From: an uncultured Phycisphaerales bacterium
Lineage (GTDB): Bacteria > Planctomycetota > Phycisphaerae > Tepidisphaerales > Tepidisphaeraceae
Reading direction: 5' to 3'
Length of the DNA: 64,000 nucleotides
Assembly: GCA_963758525.1 (NCBI GenBank)
Contig: CAVWVQ010000003.1
Span: 2,304,001-2,368,000, forward strand
Shown here: positions 48,600 through 58,142 of the stretch, piece after piece
Numbering within the stretch: the stretch's first letter is position 1
Layout: every line of letters begins with the position of its first letter
Notes under the pieces: model-generated
What the model was told of the DNA's origin: nothing
The model's input: the letters and a program-made list of their open reading frames with translations, nothing else
Databases searched by the model: none
Translations under genes and position numbers: made by a program

Positions 48600-49096
48600 G
48601 TGACTGCCGATCGCCCGCATCCACCGCCGCAGACGCGCGCCGCTTGCGCCGCGGACGCGCCGGAATCACGCGTATCGAGCACGTCAGTTTCGTCCATGCC
48701 GGGGAGCGCTTTGGGGAGAGGCGCGTTCGCTACCTGATCGGCTCGCCGCGCGCGATCGTGCGCGTTGCCGAACTGGATGGAAACCTGTTGGGCTGGATCG
48801 CGGGATTCGCCGTTCCCCGCTCTCCGCGGCCGTGGGGGCGCATCTACGCCCTGGCCGTTGATCCCGCCGCGCGCGGCAGGAAAATCGGACCGCTGCTGCT
48901 CCTCGAAATGATCGCATTGCTGCGCCAGCAGGGTGCGCGGCGAATCTTCCTGGAAGTCCGTCCCGACAATTACGCCGCACTCCGGCTCTACGAAAAATGC
49001 GGATTTGTCCGCTGCCGGCAATTGGAAAACTATTACGGACACGGGCATCCAGCCCTGCGGATGGCGCTGGAACCACCGCATCAAGGCCCTCGTTGA
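48600..49096 (+). CDS. RimI-like GNAT acetyltransferase (frameshift near 48665)
   Basis: YALAVDPAARGRKIG, LEVRPDN, LYEKCGF, NYY; N-terminus RAACAADAPE in the adjacent frame. Confidence 0.85.
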
Positions 49097-49213
49097 GATA
49101 AAGCCTCACAGGGAGCGGCTGATTTGAGGGTGATGCAGCCGACTTTGAGTGCGTTTCGCACCTCTTGAAAGATCCGAATCGAATTTCCGCGGTGCCACCC
49201 CCGCAATCACCGT

Positions 49214-49705
49214 TCAGCCCGTCATTGCCTTCTGCATGACCTTAATCAACTCATTGTCCTTTTCATCGAGATACGGCGTCAGATCCAGATCCCGCGGCAC
49301 TCTCGTCAGCTTGGCCGAGTCTGCGGTCTTGATCCACTGCTGCATGAACTTGTCGTAGTCCCGCCATTCGATACCCGCCGCCCGGACGGCTGCCTCTTCA
49401 GCGCGGAGCGCGATCTGATGAGCATGCTGATAGTGCAGTCCCCACGTATCGATCATCGCCTTCTCCGTCGCTTCGTGCAGTATCAAAAACTTATCCACGT
49501 AGTGCTGGCGGCCAAGATGGTCGGTGAAACAATGATGCAGATGTCGATCGATGTAAATTCGCGATCGATCGACGCTGTACCCGGCCAGATACGGAATGTC
49601 ATGATCCCGATCCAGCGTGACGCGTTTCGTGATCTCGGCGACGGAATGATCGAGCATCGCCGAGCTCACGAGGGTGTCGTTGGTGTTTTTGTGATGGCCG
49701 CTCAT
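49214..49705 (-). CDS. Hypothetical protein with an HExxE...HYxxAH motif
   Basis: GGAGG SD; DIPYLAGYS, IYIDR, LILHEATEK, HYQHAHQIA. Confidence 0.8.
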   Translation of the reverse strand: MSGHHKNTNDTLVSSAMLDHSVAEITKRVTLDRDHDIPYLAGYSVDRSRIYIDRHLHHCFTDHLGRQHYVDKFLILHEATEKAMIDTWGLHYQHAHQIALRAEEAAVRAAGIEWRDYDKFMQQWIKTADSAKLTRVPRDLDLTPYLDEKDNELIKVMQKAMTG

Positions 49706-49830
49706 GGAATGACCTCCGAATTCTGCGCGCCCGGTTCCTGGAGCACCGCCCGCCCGCGTTGCGAAGCGTGGAAAGTTTGCGACAATCACTTGATGATGTC
49801 GAGCAAGGAATGCCGCAGGTCGGAGGATGC

Positions 49831-52662
49831 ATGAAAAGCGAACGGATTCCGAGTCAGGGTGAACAGCAGTCGGCGGAGCTGAGAGGCGGAACGCAGGGCG
49901 TTGAAGCCGAAGTCCAGCGCCTGCTGAACGGCGGGAAATGCAAGCAGGCAGTCGAGCTGGCGAAAACTCATTACAAGCAGTTGGACACCGCCGAATCGCG
50001 GCACCTCCTGGTTCAAGCCTATCTGGCGCACATCGCGGAATTTCAGCACAAGGGAATGGCGGAGGAAGCCCAGACGCTCTTGTCGCTGGTTCTGCAGCGA
50101 TTTCCCTCGGAGCGGCAGCAACTGGAGAAGGTGGAGGTTGTCGCCGCCGCGACAGCGGGGCGGCTTGCGGACCTTCTGCGGCCGCTGACGTCGGAGCAAA
50201 CGTCGCCGGAGACTCGATCGTTGATCGAAGCGGCCGTGCGCCGGCATGTGAGGGATCTGCCTGCGCTGGCGGCGTGCGGCGCGCTTCCGCCGGAGCATCC
50301 GCTGCGGCTTGGAGCCGCGGCCATCTGGCGGGCGTTTTTAGCAGTCACCAGCGGTCCGGTGACCGACGCGGAGATCGAGTTGCCGGAGCTTTCGCGACGC
50401 AGCCCGCTGGCGGCGTGGAAAATGCTGATCCGGGCGATCTTCGCGTATTACCGCCACGACGATCCGGGATGCCTGCGGGCGCTTGACGCGATTCCCGCCG
50501 ACGCGGCAATTGCGAATATCGCAGCGGCGCTGCGGGCCATGGCCGAGGGAAAGAAGCCGGCGGCGGGAGTTGCCGCGGCTCTCTTCAATCGCGTGGTCAG
50601 CGCAGATCAGGGGCTCCTTGCGGCGATCACGCAGCTCGAATCCGCGTACGATTCCTACGACTTGTCTCATTTGCACGGATCGATCCGCCACGCGGTCCGG
50701 GCGTGCGCCCAATCACGGCCGGAGCTGCTCGATCGGTTTCGACAGCACATCTCGATGGGCTGCTTCCTTCGGGATGTCCCTTTCGCCGCAGTTGTGCCGG
50801 TGCTCGGGATCACGGTCAAGAACGCGTATTTCTGGAGATTGCTCGCCCGGGCGAGTGAAAGCCGCGGTTTCGAGTCGGGCGCCGCGATGTACTGGGAGAG
50901 GTTCCTGCGGCATGCCGTCGACGAGCAGATGTTCGCTGAATCGAGCATGGAAGCCGCAACGGTCTGGCTGCACATCGCGGAGCTGCTGTCGCGATTGTCG
51001 CCCTCTGAAATCGGTGCAGCCTGGGCAGCGTGGACCACCTCCGGCACGATCGTGGAGTATTACAACAATCAGCCGAAAGAGATCGCGGCCCTTCGCCCGA
51101 AATCGGTTGAGCAACTGGCAAACGACCTGCTCGAGCCGGGACGGCCGTTCCAGCGTGCAGCAGCCATTCGACCAGAGCTTGAGGTTTTCCAGCAATGGTG
51201 GAATTGGGCGGAGAAGTTCGATCTGCCGGCCAAGCAAATGGAAGACATCGCGCTGCAGTGGAATCGAAGCCGGCCGCGCGATGCCCGGCCGCTGGTGATC
51301 CTCTCGGCGCTGGCGGAGCAACGAAATGCACTTTCGCTGGCGCTCAAGCGGCTCGGGGATGCGGAGGCGATCGATCCCATGAATCATCAGGTTCGCCAGG
51401 CGCGGGTGCGCGTGACGCTGTCAATCGCATGGCGGCATTTTGCCGACGCAAAGAGCCACCTGGTTGAAAAGGATCTTGCGGATCTGGCTGCGATGCCTGG
51501 CATGAATGAAGGCGATCGCGGAGCGGTGCTGGAATCGATGCGGGGCGCCTGGCATGCATTGCGGGGAGATCATGCCGCGGCGGCCGCTGCGCTGAACTCC
51601 GTCATCGACCGCATGGGGGAGATCGCCGCGCCGGTCCTCCATGAGTCCATCCGCAAAATGGCCAAGCTGATTGACGAGAAGGAGCCGCTGGCCGTGTTGC
51701 GGATCGATGATGCTCCGCCGATCGAGTTCGTCCTGGCGTCGGCTCGTGTTTTGCGGATCGCCCATGATTTGAAACTGAAGCTGTGGCAGCCCACGGCGTG
51801 GACGCCGCTGGTTGGGGAAGTATTGCGGCAACGCCCCTGTCCGCTCAATGATTCTGATTTGCTGGTCCTGGGAAGGGAGGCAGCTTCTCAATCCCAGTGG
51901 GAAATCGCATACGCGGGATCTTCCGCGGGCCTGGAACGATCCGCCTCCCCGGCGAGCATCGCCCGCTTCCTGCTGCTGCGGGCGCGGACGCTCCATGCTT
52001 CCTGGCATACGCCGCGTACGACGCAATGCCTGCGCGCGGCGCTCGAACTGGCCAGGCAGGCTCACGACGACGAGCTGATTCGCGACGTGTTCGCGGCGAT
52101 CGATCGCGACCCGTTCACCCGGCGGATCATCGCCGGCTCGCGCAACGGGCAAGGCATGGCGGAAGAGGTTCTGCAGTTGGTTCTGAAAACCGAACAGCGA
52201 GCCACCAGCTTTCCCCGCAGCCCTTCCGACAGCGATTCGTTCGTTGTCGAAGCAGCCGAGCCGGAGATGCGCGGGCTGTTCGGCGCGTTCAACGATGATT
52301 CCGACTGGGATTCGGAGGACGAGGAGGGTGATTATTTCCATGATGATGATGATGATGACGACGAGGAGGCGGGGTTGTTTGACCTTGGTGCATCGCCCCC
52401 AAGCGCAGCGCCCTTCGAAGTTCACCCTCCTCCGAAGATAAACCCGCGCGGCCAGCCAACGCGCGGCGGCGGCGCGGAGCCGGACAATTTCCTCCCCGAC
52501 CCGACGAAAATCATCGAATCGATGGCCAACGCGATGGGGCACAAGGTCAGCCCGGCGGAGCTGCGGGCGATGGCGGATGAACTGAGAAATGCAATCGGCG
52601 GCGGCGGGATCCCTGGGCGCGGAACCGGCGGGCAATCGAAACGCAAGAAGCGGAGGCGATAG
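49831..52662 (+). CDS. Large alpha-helical/TPR-like protein (~943 aa), first gene of the Hsp70 operon
   Basis: GGAGG SD; helical A/L/R/W-rich repeats, acidic D/E tract, basic C-terminus. Confidence 0.82.
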   Translation: MKSERIPSQGEQQSAELRGGTQGVEAEVQRLLNGGKCKQAVELAKTHYKQLDTAESRHLLVQAYLAHIAEFQHKGMAEEAQTLLSLVLQRFPSERQQLEKVEVVAAATAGRLADLLRPLTSEQTSPETRSLIEAAVRRHVRDLPALAACGALPPEHPLRLGAAAIWRAFLAVTSGPVTDAEIELPELSRRSPLAAWKMLIRAIFAYYRHDDPGCLRALDAIPADAAIANIAAALRAMAEGKKPAAGVAAALFNRVVSADQGLLAAITQLESAYDSYDLSHLHGSIRHAVRACAQSRPELLDRFRQHISMGCFLRDVPFAAVVPVLGITVKNAYFWRLLARASESRGFESGAAMYWERFLRHAVDEQMFAESSMEAATVWLHIAELLSRLSPSEIGAAWAAWTTSGTIVEYYNNQPKEIAALRPKSVEQLANDLLEPGRPFQRAAAIRPELEVFQQWWNWAEKFDLPAKQMEDIALQWNRSRPRDARPLVILSALAEQRNALSLALKRLGDAEAIDPMNHQVRQARVRVTLSIAWRHFADAKSHLVEKDLADLAAMPGMNEGDRGAVLESMRGAWHALRGDHAAAAAALNSVIDRMGEIAAPVLHESIRKMAKLIDEKEPLAVLRIDDAPPIEFVLASARVLRIAHDLKLKLWQPTAWTPLVGEVLRQRPCPLNDSDLLVLGREAASQSQWEIAYAGSSAGLERSASPASIARFLLLRARTLHASWHTPRTTQCLRAALELARQAHDDELIRDVFAAIDRDPFTRRIIAGSRNGQGMAEEVLQLVLKTEQRATSFPRSPSDSDSFVVEAAEPEMRGLFGAFNDDSDWDSEDEEGDYFHDDDDDDDEEAGLFDLGASPPSAAPFEVHPPPKINPRGQPTRGGGAEPDNFLPDPTKIIESMANAMGHKVSPAELRAMADELRNAIGGGGIPGRGTGGQSKRKKRRR

Positions 52663-52664
52663 CG

Positions 52665-52985
52665 ATGGCTCTTGAGACAACGCCTTTCACCCTTGAACGC
52701 GCAGCCGCACTGCTCGGCGTGTCAGCAACAGCAGACGAGCAGGAGCTTCGATCGGCTTATCTCAAAAAGGTGCAGGAGCACCCGCCGGATCGTGATCCCG
52801 ATATCTTCGAGCAGATTCGCGACGCCTACGAGCAGATCCGTAACCCGGCCGTCCGCGCCAAGGCCATCCTCGAAGGGCCGAGCCCCTTTGCGCCGCTCGC
52901 TTCGTTGCTGGAGGGGTCGCAGCCGAAACGTGCGTTCGTCGGAAGCCAGCTTTGGATCGAGCTGCTCAAGGAGGGGTCGAAGTGA
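52665..52985 (+). CDS. Small J-domain protein (HPPD variant)
   Basis: LLGVSATADEQELRSAYLKKVQEHPPDRDPDIFEQIRDAYEQI. Confidence 0.88.
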   Translation: MALETTPFTLERAAALLGVSATADEQELRSAYLKKVQEHPPDRDPDIFEQIRDAYEQIRNPAVRAKAILEGPSPFAPLASLLEGSQPKRAFVGSQLWIELLKEGSK

Positions 52986-53832
52986 GCGTTGACGAAGCGG
53001 CCGCCGAATCGATCGCCAAGGCGATTCCTCCAGAAGCTGGCTCTGCAGCACAGACCTGTGCGCACGATCTCAAGACGCAATTGATGGCGCAGTTTGGGCA
53101 GTGGGTGGACCAGATGCTGGTCGACGAGCCAGCGCCCCGAGGAATCCCCGAGCGGTTTCTCGCCGACGCCGCGGAAACCGAAGCAAGCGCGACGGAGAGC
53201 GGCGCCGCTCAGTCAACCGATTTCTACACGCTGTTTTCAGGATTGACGGCCCTGACCGGAGAGATTCGCCTGCAGGGCGCACCTTCAAGCAACTCTCTGA
53301 GCTGCTTTCGCCGCTCGCGCAAACACCTGCAATGTTGGCGCAGCTCCGCGAAGCGCAGTTGGAATCGGCCGCGTCGCTGCAGGCGTTGCTCGAAGCTCAA
53401 GCAAATGAACCCGAGGAAGAACCGGTTCAGTTCAAGCAGGTGTGCGATGTGATGATCGACCTCTACGATCGCCTGCAACGGGGCGTGCAGACCTGCGATG
53501 AAGGAATTCATTCGCTCGGATCCCGCCGCGAGACCGGTCTGGTCGGGCGACTGCTCCACAACTCGGAGCCGCTCGAGCAGGCAATCCGATCGGTGCAGGG
53601 AATTCGAGAGGCGAATGCGATGACCCTGGCGCGGCTTCAGGCGGCGTTGCAGGAATGGAGCGTTCAGAGAATTGGGACGGTTGGAGAACCATTCGACCCC
53701 GAGCGGATGACCGCCATTGAGGTGCGCGCCGCCGGCGACGCCAAGCCCGGCAGCGTGCTGGTTGTCAATCGCAGCGGATATGCATTGAATGGAGTATTGA
53801 AGTCCACTGCACAGGTGACAGTGAGCAAGTAG
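52982..53832 (+). CDS. GrpE-like nucleotide exchange factor (frameshift near 53278)
   Basis: C-terminus VGEPFDPERMTAI..GSVLVVNRSGY..AQVTV; GTGA overlap with the J gene. Confidence 0.85.
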
Positions 53833-53849
53833 AAACAGGAGATGAGCAG

Positions 53850-55670
53850 ATGGCTGAGGGATCAGAAGTTGTCGTTGGAATCGACTTGGGAACCACCAAC
53901 TCGGAGATTGCGGCATTCGTCGATGGCAAAGCGCAGGTCATCGGCAACGGCCCGCGTTTGATGCTGCCGAGTTGCGTCGGTCTCTCGCCGGCCGGGGAAC
54001 TGTTGATCGGCGACTCGGCGCGCAATCAGATGCTGCTCTATCCTGATCGCACCGTGAAAAGCGTCAAGCGGCTGATGGGCAGCAATCAGTCGGTGACGCT
54101 GGGCGATCGCACCTTCACCCCTTCGGAGATCTCGGCGGTCATCCTGCGCGAACTGGTCCGCTGGGCGGGAATTCGCCTGGGCACGCCTGTCAAGAAGGCC
54201 GTCATCACCGTGCCCGCTTATTTTTCGGACGCGCAGCGCAACGCAACCCGCGAGGCGGGCGAACTGGCGGGGCTTGAAGTCGTCCGCATGATCAACGAGC
54301 CGACCGCCGCGAGCCTCGCGTACGGGCTCGATTCCAGCGGCAGCCGAACCGTCATGATCTACGACCTGGGCGGCGGGACGCTCGATGTCTCCATCGTCCG
54401 CATCGACGGAGAAGTGACCGAAGTCCTCGCCAGCCACGGCAACAATCATCTCGGAGGTGACGACTTCGACCAGAAGCTGGTGGATCACCTGGTCGAGCTG
54501 TTTCGCAAGCAGCACGGCATCGACCTGCGCGACCAAAACCCCGGCGCGTATGCCCGCCTCTGGTGGGCGGCCGAAGCGGCGAAAAAGCAGCTCAGCTTCG
54601 AGCCGTACGCGACGGTGCGCGAGGAGTCTCTTGTCGTCGTCGACGGACGCCCGCTGAGCCTGGAAGCGGAAATTGCGCGCGGGGAATACGAAGCGATGAT
54701 TCGGCCGCTGCTGGAACAGACGATCGATAGCGCGAGCCGGGCGCTGACCGATGCAGGCCTGGTCCCCGGCGCGCTGGACGAAATCCTGCTGGTCGGCGGC
54801 TCAACCCGCACGCCGATGGTCCTGCAATTGCTCGAATCGTTGTGCCACAAAGCGCCCCGGCAGGATCTTCATCCGGACCTTTGCGTCGCCCTGGGCGCCG
54901 GCGTGCTGGCCGGCCGGCTCGCGGGGCATGACATCCAGCGCGTGCTGGTGGACGTGTCCCCATTTTCGTTCGGCCCCAGTTACCTGGGCGAGCGGGATGG
55001 CTTTGGCTATCCGCATTGTTATCAGCCCATCATCAAGCGCAACACCCCGCTGCCCGTCACCCGCACCGACGAATATTGCACCGCCGCCGATTTTCAGACC
55101 GCGGTTGAGCTCGATATCTACCAGGGCGACGATCCCGACGCGCTGCGAAACGTGCACATCGGCCAGTTCCGCATCGAGGGCCTGCAGCCGGTGGACGGCC
55201 CCAACACGGTGCTCTGCCGGATGCGGCTCGACCTGGACGGGATCCTGCACGTCACCGCCATCGAAAAGAAGACGGGATTGAGCAAGCACGTGAAGATCAC
55301 CGGAGCGACGCTCAGGCGCGATGCCGCCGACATCACCCGCAGCAGAGACGAACTCGACCGCCTCTTTGCAACCAGGGCTGATGATCTCTCCGTCGAGGTT
55401 GAAGACGAAGAAAGCGAGGCGGAGATTTCAGAATCCGGCGATGCTCCGGTTGCGGAAGTTTCCGCGCCGCAGAACCAGGGCGCCGACGAAGCGCAACGGC
55501 TGATCGAACGATGCCGCGCCAAGATGCCCTCCATGCACGACGAGGATCGCGAAGAGGCCGTCAATTTCATCGAGGCGATCACCTCCGCCCGGCAAGGCAG
55601 CGACACGGTCGCCCTGGAAGAATCCTGCAAGGCCCTCAGCGAGTTCCTCTTCTTTATTGAGGGAAAATGA
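53850..55670 (+). CDS. Hsp70/DnaK paralog (606 aa)
   Basis: GIDLGTTNS, ITVPAYF, NEPTAA, YDLGGGTLDVS, LGGDDFD, LVGGSTR, linker VLVDVSP. Confidence 0.95.
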   Translation: MAEGSEVVVGIDLGTTNSEIAAFVDGKAQVIGNGPRLMLPSCVGLSPAGELLIGDSARNQMLLYPDRTVKSVKRLMGSNQSVTLGDRTFTPSEISAVILRELVRWAGIRLGTPVKKAVITVPAYFSDAQRNATREAGELAGLEVVRMINEPTAASLAYGLDSSGSRTVMIYDLGGGTLDVSIVRIDGEVTEVLASHGNNHLGGDDFDQKLVDHLVELFRKQHGIDLRDQNPGAYARLWWAAEAAKKQLSFEPYATVREESLVVVDGRPLSLEAEIARGEYEAMIRPLLEQTIDSASRALTDAGLVPGALDEILLVGGSTRTPMVLQLLESLCHKAPRQDLHPDLCVALGAGVLAGRLAGHDIQRVLVDVSPFSFGPSYLGERDGFGYPHCYQPIIKRNTPLPVTRTDEYCTAADFQTAVELDIYQGDDPDALRNVHIGQFRIEGLQPVDGPNTVLCRMRLDLDGILHVTAIEKKTGLSKHVKITGATLRRDAADITRSRDELDRLFATRADDLSVEVEDEESEAEISESGDAPVAEVSAPQNQGADEAQRLIERCRAKMPSMHDEDREEAVNFIEAITSARQGSDTVALEESCKALSEFLFFIEGK

Positions 55671-56437
55671 CGGCGCCGGCATCATCCCAGCCCGGTGGGG
55701 TATCGTTGGCACTGAAATGCCCCGTCTGCGCCGCGGGCTTTCGCGGCGTTGAGATTTGTCCGCGCTGCGGGACCAACCTCGAGCCTCTCATGCAAATCGC
55801 CGGCAGCGCCTGGGCATTGCGACAGAGAGCGCGGGCGAAGCTTCGGGCCGGCGACCTCGACGCGGCGCTGCGTTCTTTCGACGTGGGCTGGAAGCTCCAA
55901 CATCAGGGGCAGCCTGTTTCCAGCCTCAGACGCATCGCTGAAAACGAAACCAGGAAGCACGGGCAAGCGGCTCAGGCTGATCGCCGCGACCCAGAAATCG
56001 CTCCATGCATCTCGGCGGGGAGCACGATCAGTTCAAACGGACAATCTGCCGAACCCCGCCAGCGGGAATCGGTGCCAGACCGAACGGGAGAATCAGAATC
56101 GCGCGCCGATTCTGCCGCTGCGCATCCAGCGCATCTCGTCAGCCCCGGCAGTGCCGATGACAGGCGGCCAATCGGGACGCCCTGGCTGTTTGGGATTGCA
56201 CTCGCAGCGCCCGCTCTTTGCCTGATTACGTATTTGCTGATAGCGCGACGAACGCCAGGGGCTCATAATGCAACCGGCGATTGGGCGGCCCTGCTGATGG
56301 TGCTTGCGGTCGGGACAGCCGTCTATTGGAGAGGCAGCGATGGGCGAAGGCCGCCCTCCGCCGCCATAGCCATGTACGTTTTATCGCAGGCGCTGTGGCT
56401 CGCCGTGGTTGGCTTGATGTTCGCAGCGCGGCAATGA
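55667..56437 (+). CDS. Zn-ribbon plus helical domain, with three C-terminal TM helices
   Basis: CPVC..CPRCGTNL; ATGA overlap with the Hsp70 gene. Confidence 0.72.
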   Translation: MTAPASSQPGGVSLALKCPVCAAGFRGVEICPRCGTNLEPLMQIAGSAWALRQRARAKLRAGDLDAALRSFDVGWKLQHQGQPVSSLRRIAENETRKHGQAAQADRRDPEIAPCISAGSTISSNGQSAEPRQRESVPDRTGESESRADSAAAHPAHLVSPGSADDRRPIGTPWLFGIALAAPALCLITYLLIARRTPGAHNATGDWAALLMVLAVGTAVYWRGSDGRRPPSAAIAMYVLSQALWLAVVGLMFAARQ

Positions 56438-56591
56438 GCGCCTTGGGCACCGAGCCGGGGAGGTCGCAAAGGCGAATGAAAACACCGGGGAAGTGGATAT
56501 CCGTAATGCACGCTGTTGGACGCGCTGCGCTACTACCAAACGACAGGTGACCAAGGCGCTCTCGAGTGCATACCCCCCGACTTGGCCTCGG

Positions 56592-58138
56592 CTACGCCTC
56601 GTTCGGCTGATACTCGAACCAATCGAAATGCGCCGCAGTGTCGCTGCGCTCACCGCGAGCCGTCGCGTACATTCCGAGAATCACCCCGACGTAGCCCCCG
56701 GCTACTTCCGTCGAAAGGTATCTGGTTTCGTGCCGTCCCAGATCGAACTTTCGGCCGGATGCGTTGGTCAGTGAAAAAGTGTACCAATCACGATCGATCG
56801 CGATGGAAAGCGTGACAGGCCCGTCGCCGATCGGGTCAGAGACGTTGCTCAGGACGGCCGTGCCGATCCGGCGGCGAACGATCGCGACGCGCTTGCCGCC
56901 ACGCAACGTGATGGCGGCTTCGCTGTGATGCGAATCGCTCTGATAGACGGTGACGCCCGCCTCTTCGGTTTCTGATTGTGGAGCGAAATCGACGAGCGTT
57001 GAAACGGTCGCTACGAAATGCTGCTGCCGCCGGCCGAGAAAGGCAGGGCTTTCCAGGTCATCCAGGGTCGAAGCGGCGCATCGCAGCGTCAGCCAACCGG
57101 GACGCTGCGAGAGCGACCAATTTTCACTCAGCGGATTGCGAAGAAACATCCACTGAAGCCTTGGCCGCGTCGAGGCGAAGTCTTCGCGCACGGATCAACC
57201 GGCCACGGATGCGCGACAGGCAGGTTCTCCACTTCCATTTCCGGCGCCATTCGGTGGCCGCCGTTGACGACGGGCCATCCATCGGCGGTCCAGGTCACCG
57301 GCGCGAGAAATGTCTCACGACCCAGGTTGGACCAAAATCCGCCGGGGAAACGAACTCCCAGAAAAACCGCCCACCAATTTCCGCTGGGGTCTTCCACGAA
57401 ATCAGCATGTCCCGTGGATTGGATCAGCGTCTGCAGGCTGCGATGCGTGAGAATCGGATTGTGCGGGCACGACTCGAACGGGCCGTAAGGGGTGCGCGAA
57501 CGCGCGATCGTCTCCATGTGACCGCGTTCGGTGCCGCCCTCGGCGGCCATGAGATAGTAATAGTCGCCGCGTTTGAACAAATGAGGCGCTTCGACATATG
57601 CGCCGCCGGTTCCGGTCCAGAGAAAAACCGTGTCGTTGAGCTGCTCGCCGGTGCTGATGTCAATTTCACACTGATACAGCCCTCGCGAATGAGCCCACGC
57701 GGTGCCGTTGCTCGTGAAATAGGTTTTGCCGTTCTCGAAATAGAGGGATGGATCGATGCCGCGCTGCTTGACCCAGATCGGCTCCGACCATTCGCCGGCG
57801 GGATCATCCGTGGAGACGTAGAAATTGCCCCCGTCGACGACGCGTCCGTCCACCTGCCGGCCGACGTTCGTCGTGACCATCCAGAACCGGCCGTTGTGGT
57901 AGCGAATCGTCGGAGCGAAAATCCCGCCGGAGCTGGGCGCCCTCTCGAGAAAGAGCTGGCTTTTGCGCGTCAGGCAATGTCCGATCTGACGCCAATTGAC
58001 CAGGTCGCGGCTGTGGTAGATCGGCACGCCGGGGAAATATTCGAAGCTGCTGGTGACGAGGTAGTAGTCCTCCCCGACCCGGCAGATGCTCGGATCGGGA
58101 TTGAAGCCGCGGATAATCGGGTTCTTGAGTTTCATCAT
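56592..58138 (-). CDS. GH43 beta-xylosidase/arabinofuranosidase with a C-terminal ConA-like domain (frameshift near 57190)
   Basis: NPIIRGFNPDPSICR, SSFEYFPG, FAPTIRY, IDP, EAPH, GHAD, LGRET; LGRRQQH. Confidence 0.93.
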
Positions 58139-58142
58139 CGCT

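Noticed and set aside
53270..53290. Programmed frameshifting in the grpE-like gene and other split genes
   Set aside because: No slippery heptamer or stimulator is visible, and the same one-base-loss pattern hits many unrelated genes.
53850..55670. Calling this gene the housekeeping dnaK
   Set aside because: The substrate-binding and lid regions diverge, the co-chaperones are atypical, and there is no hrcA or canonical dnaJ context. The gene symbol was withheld.
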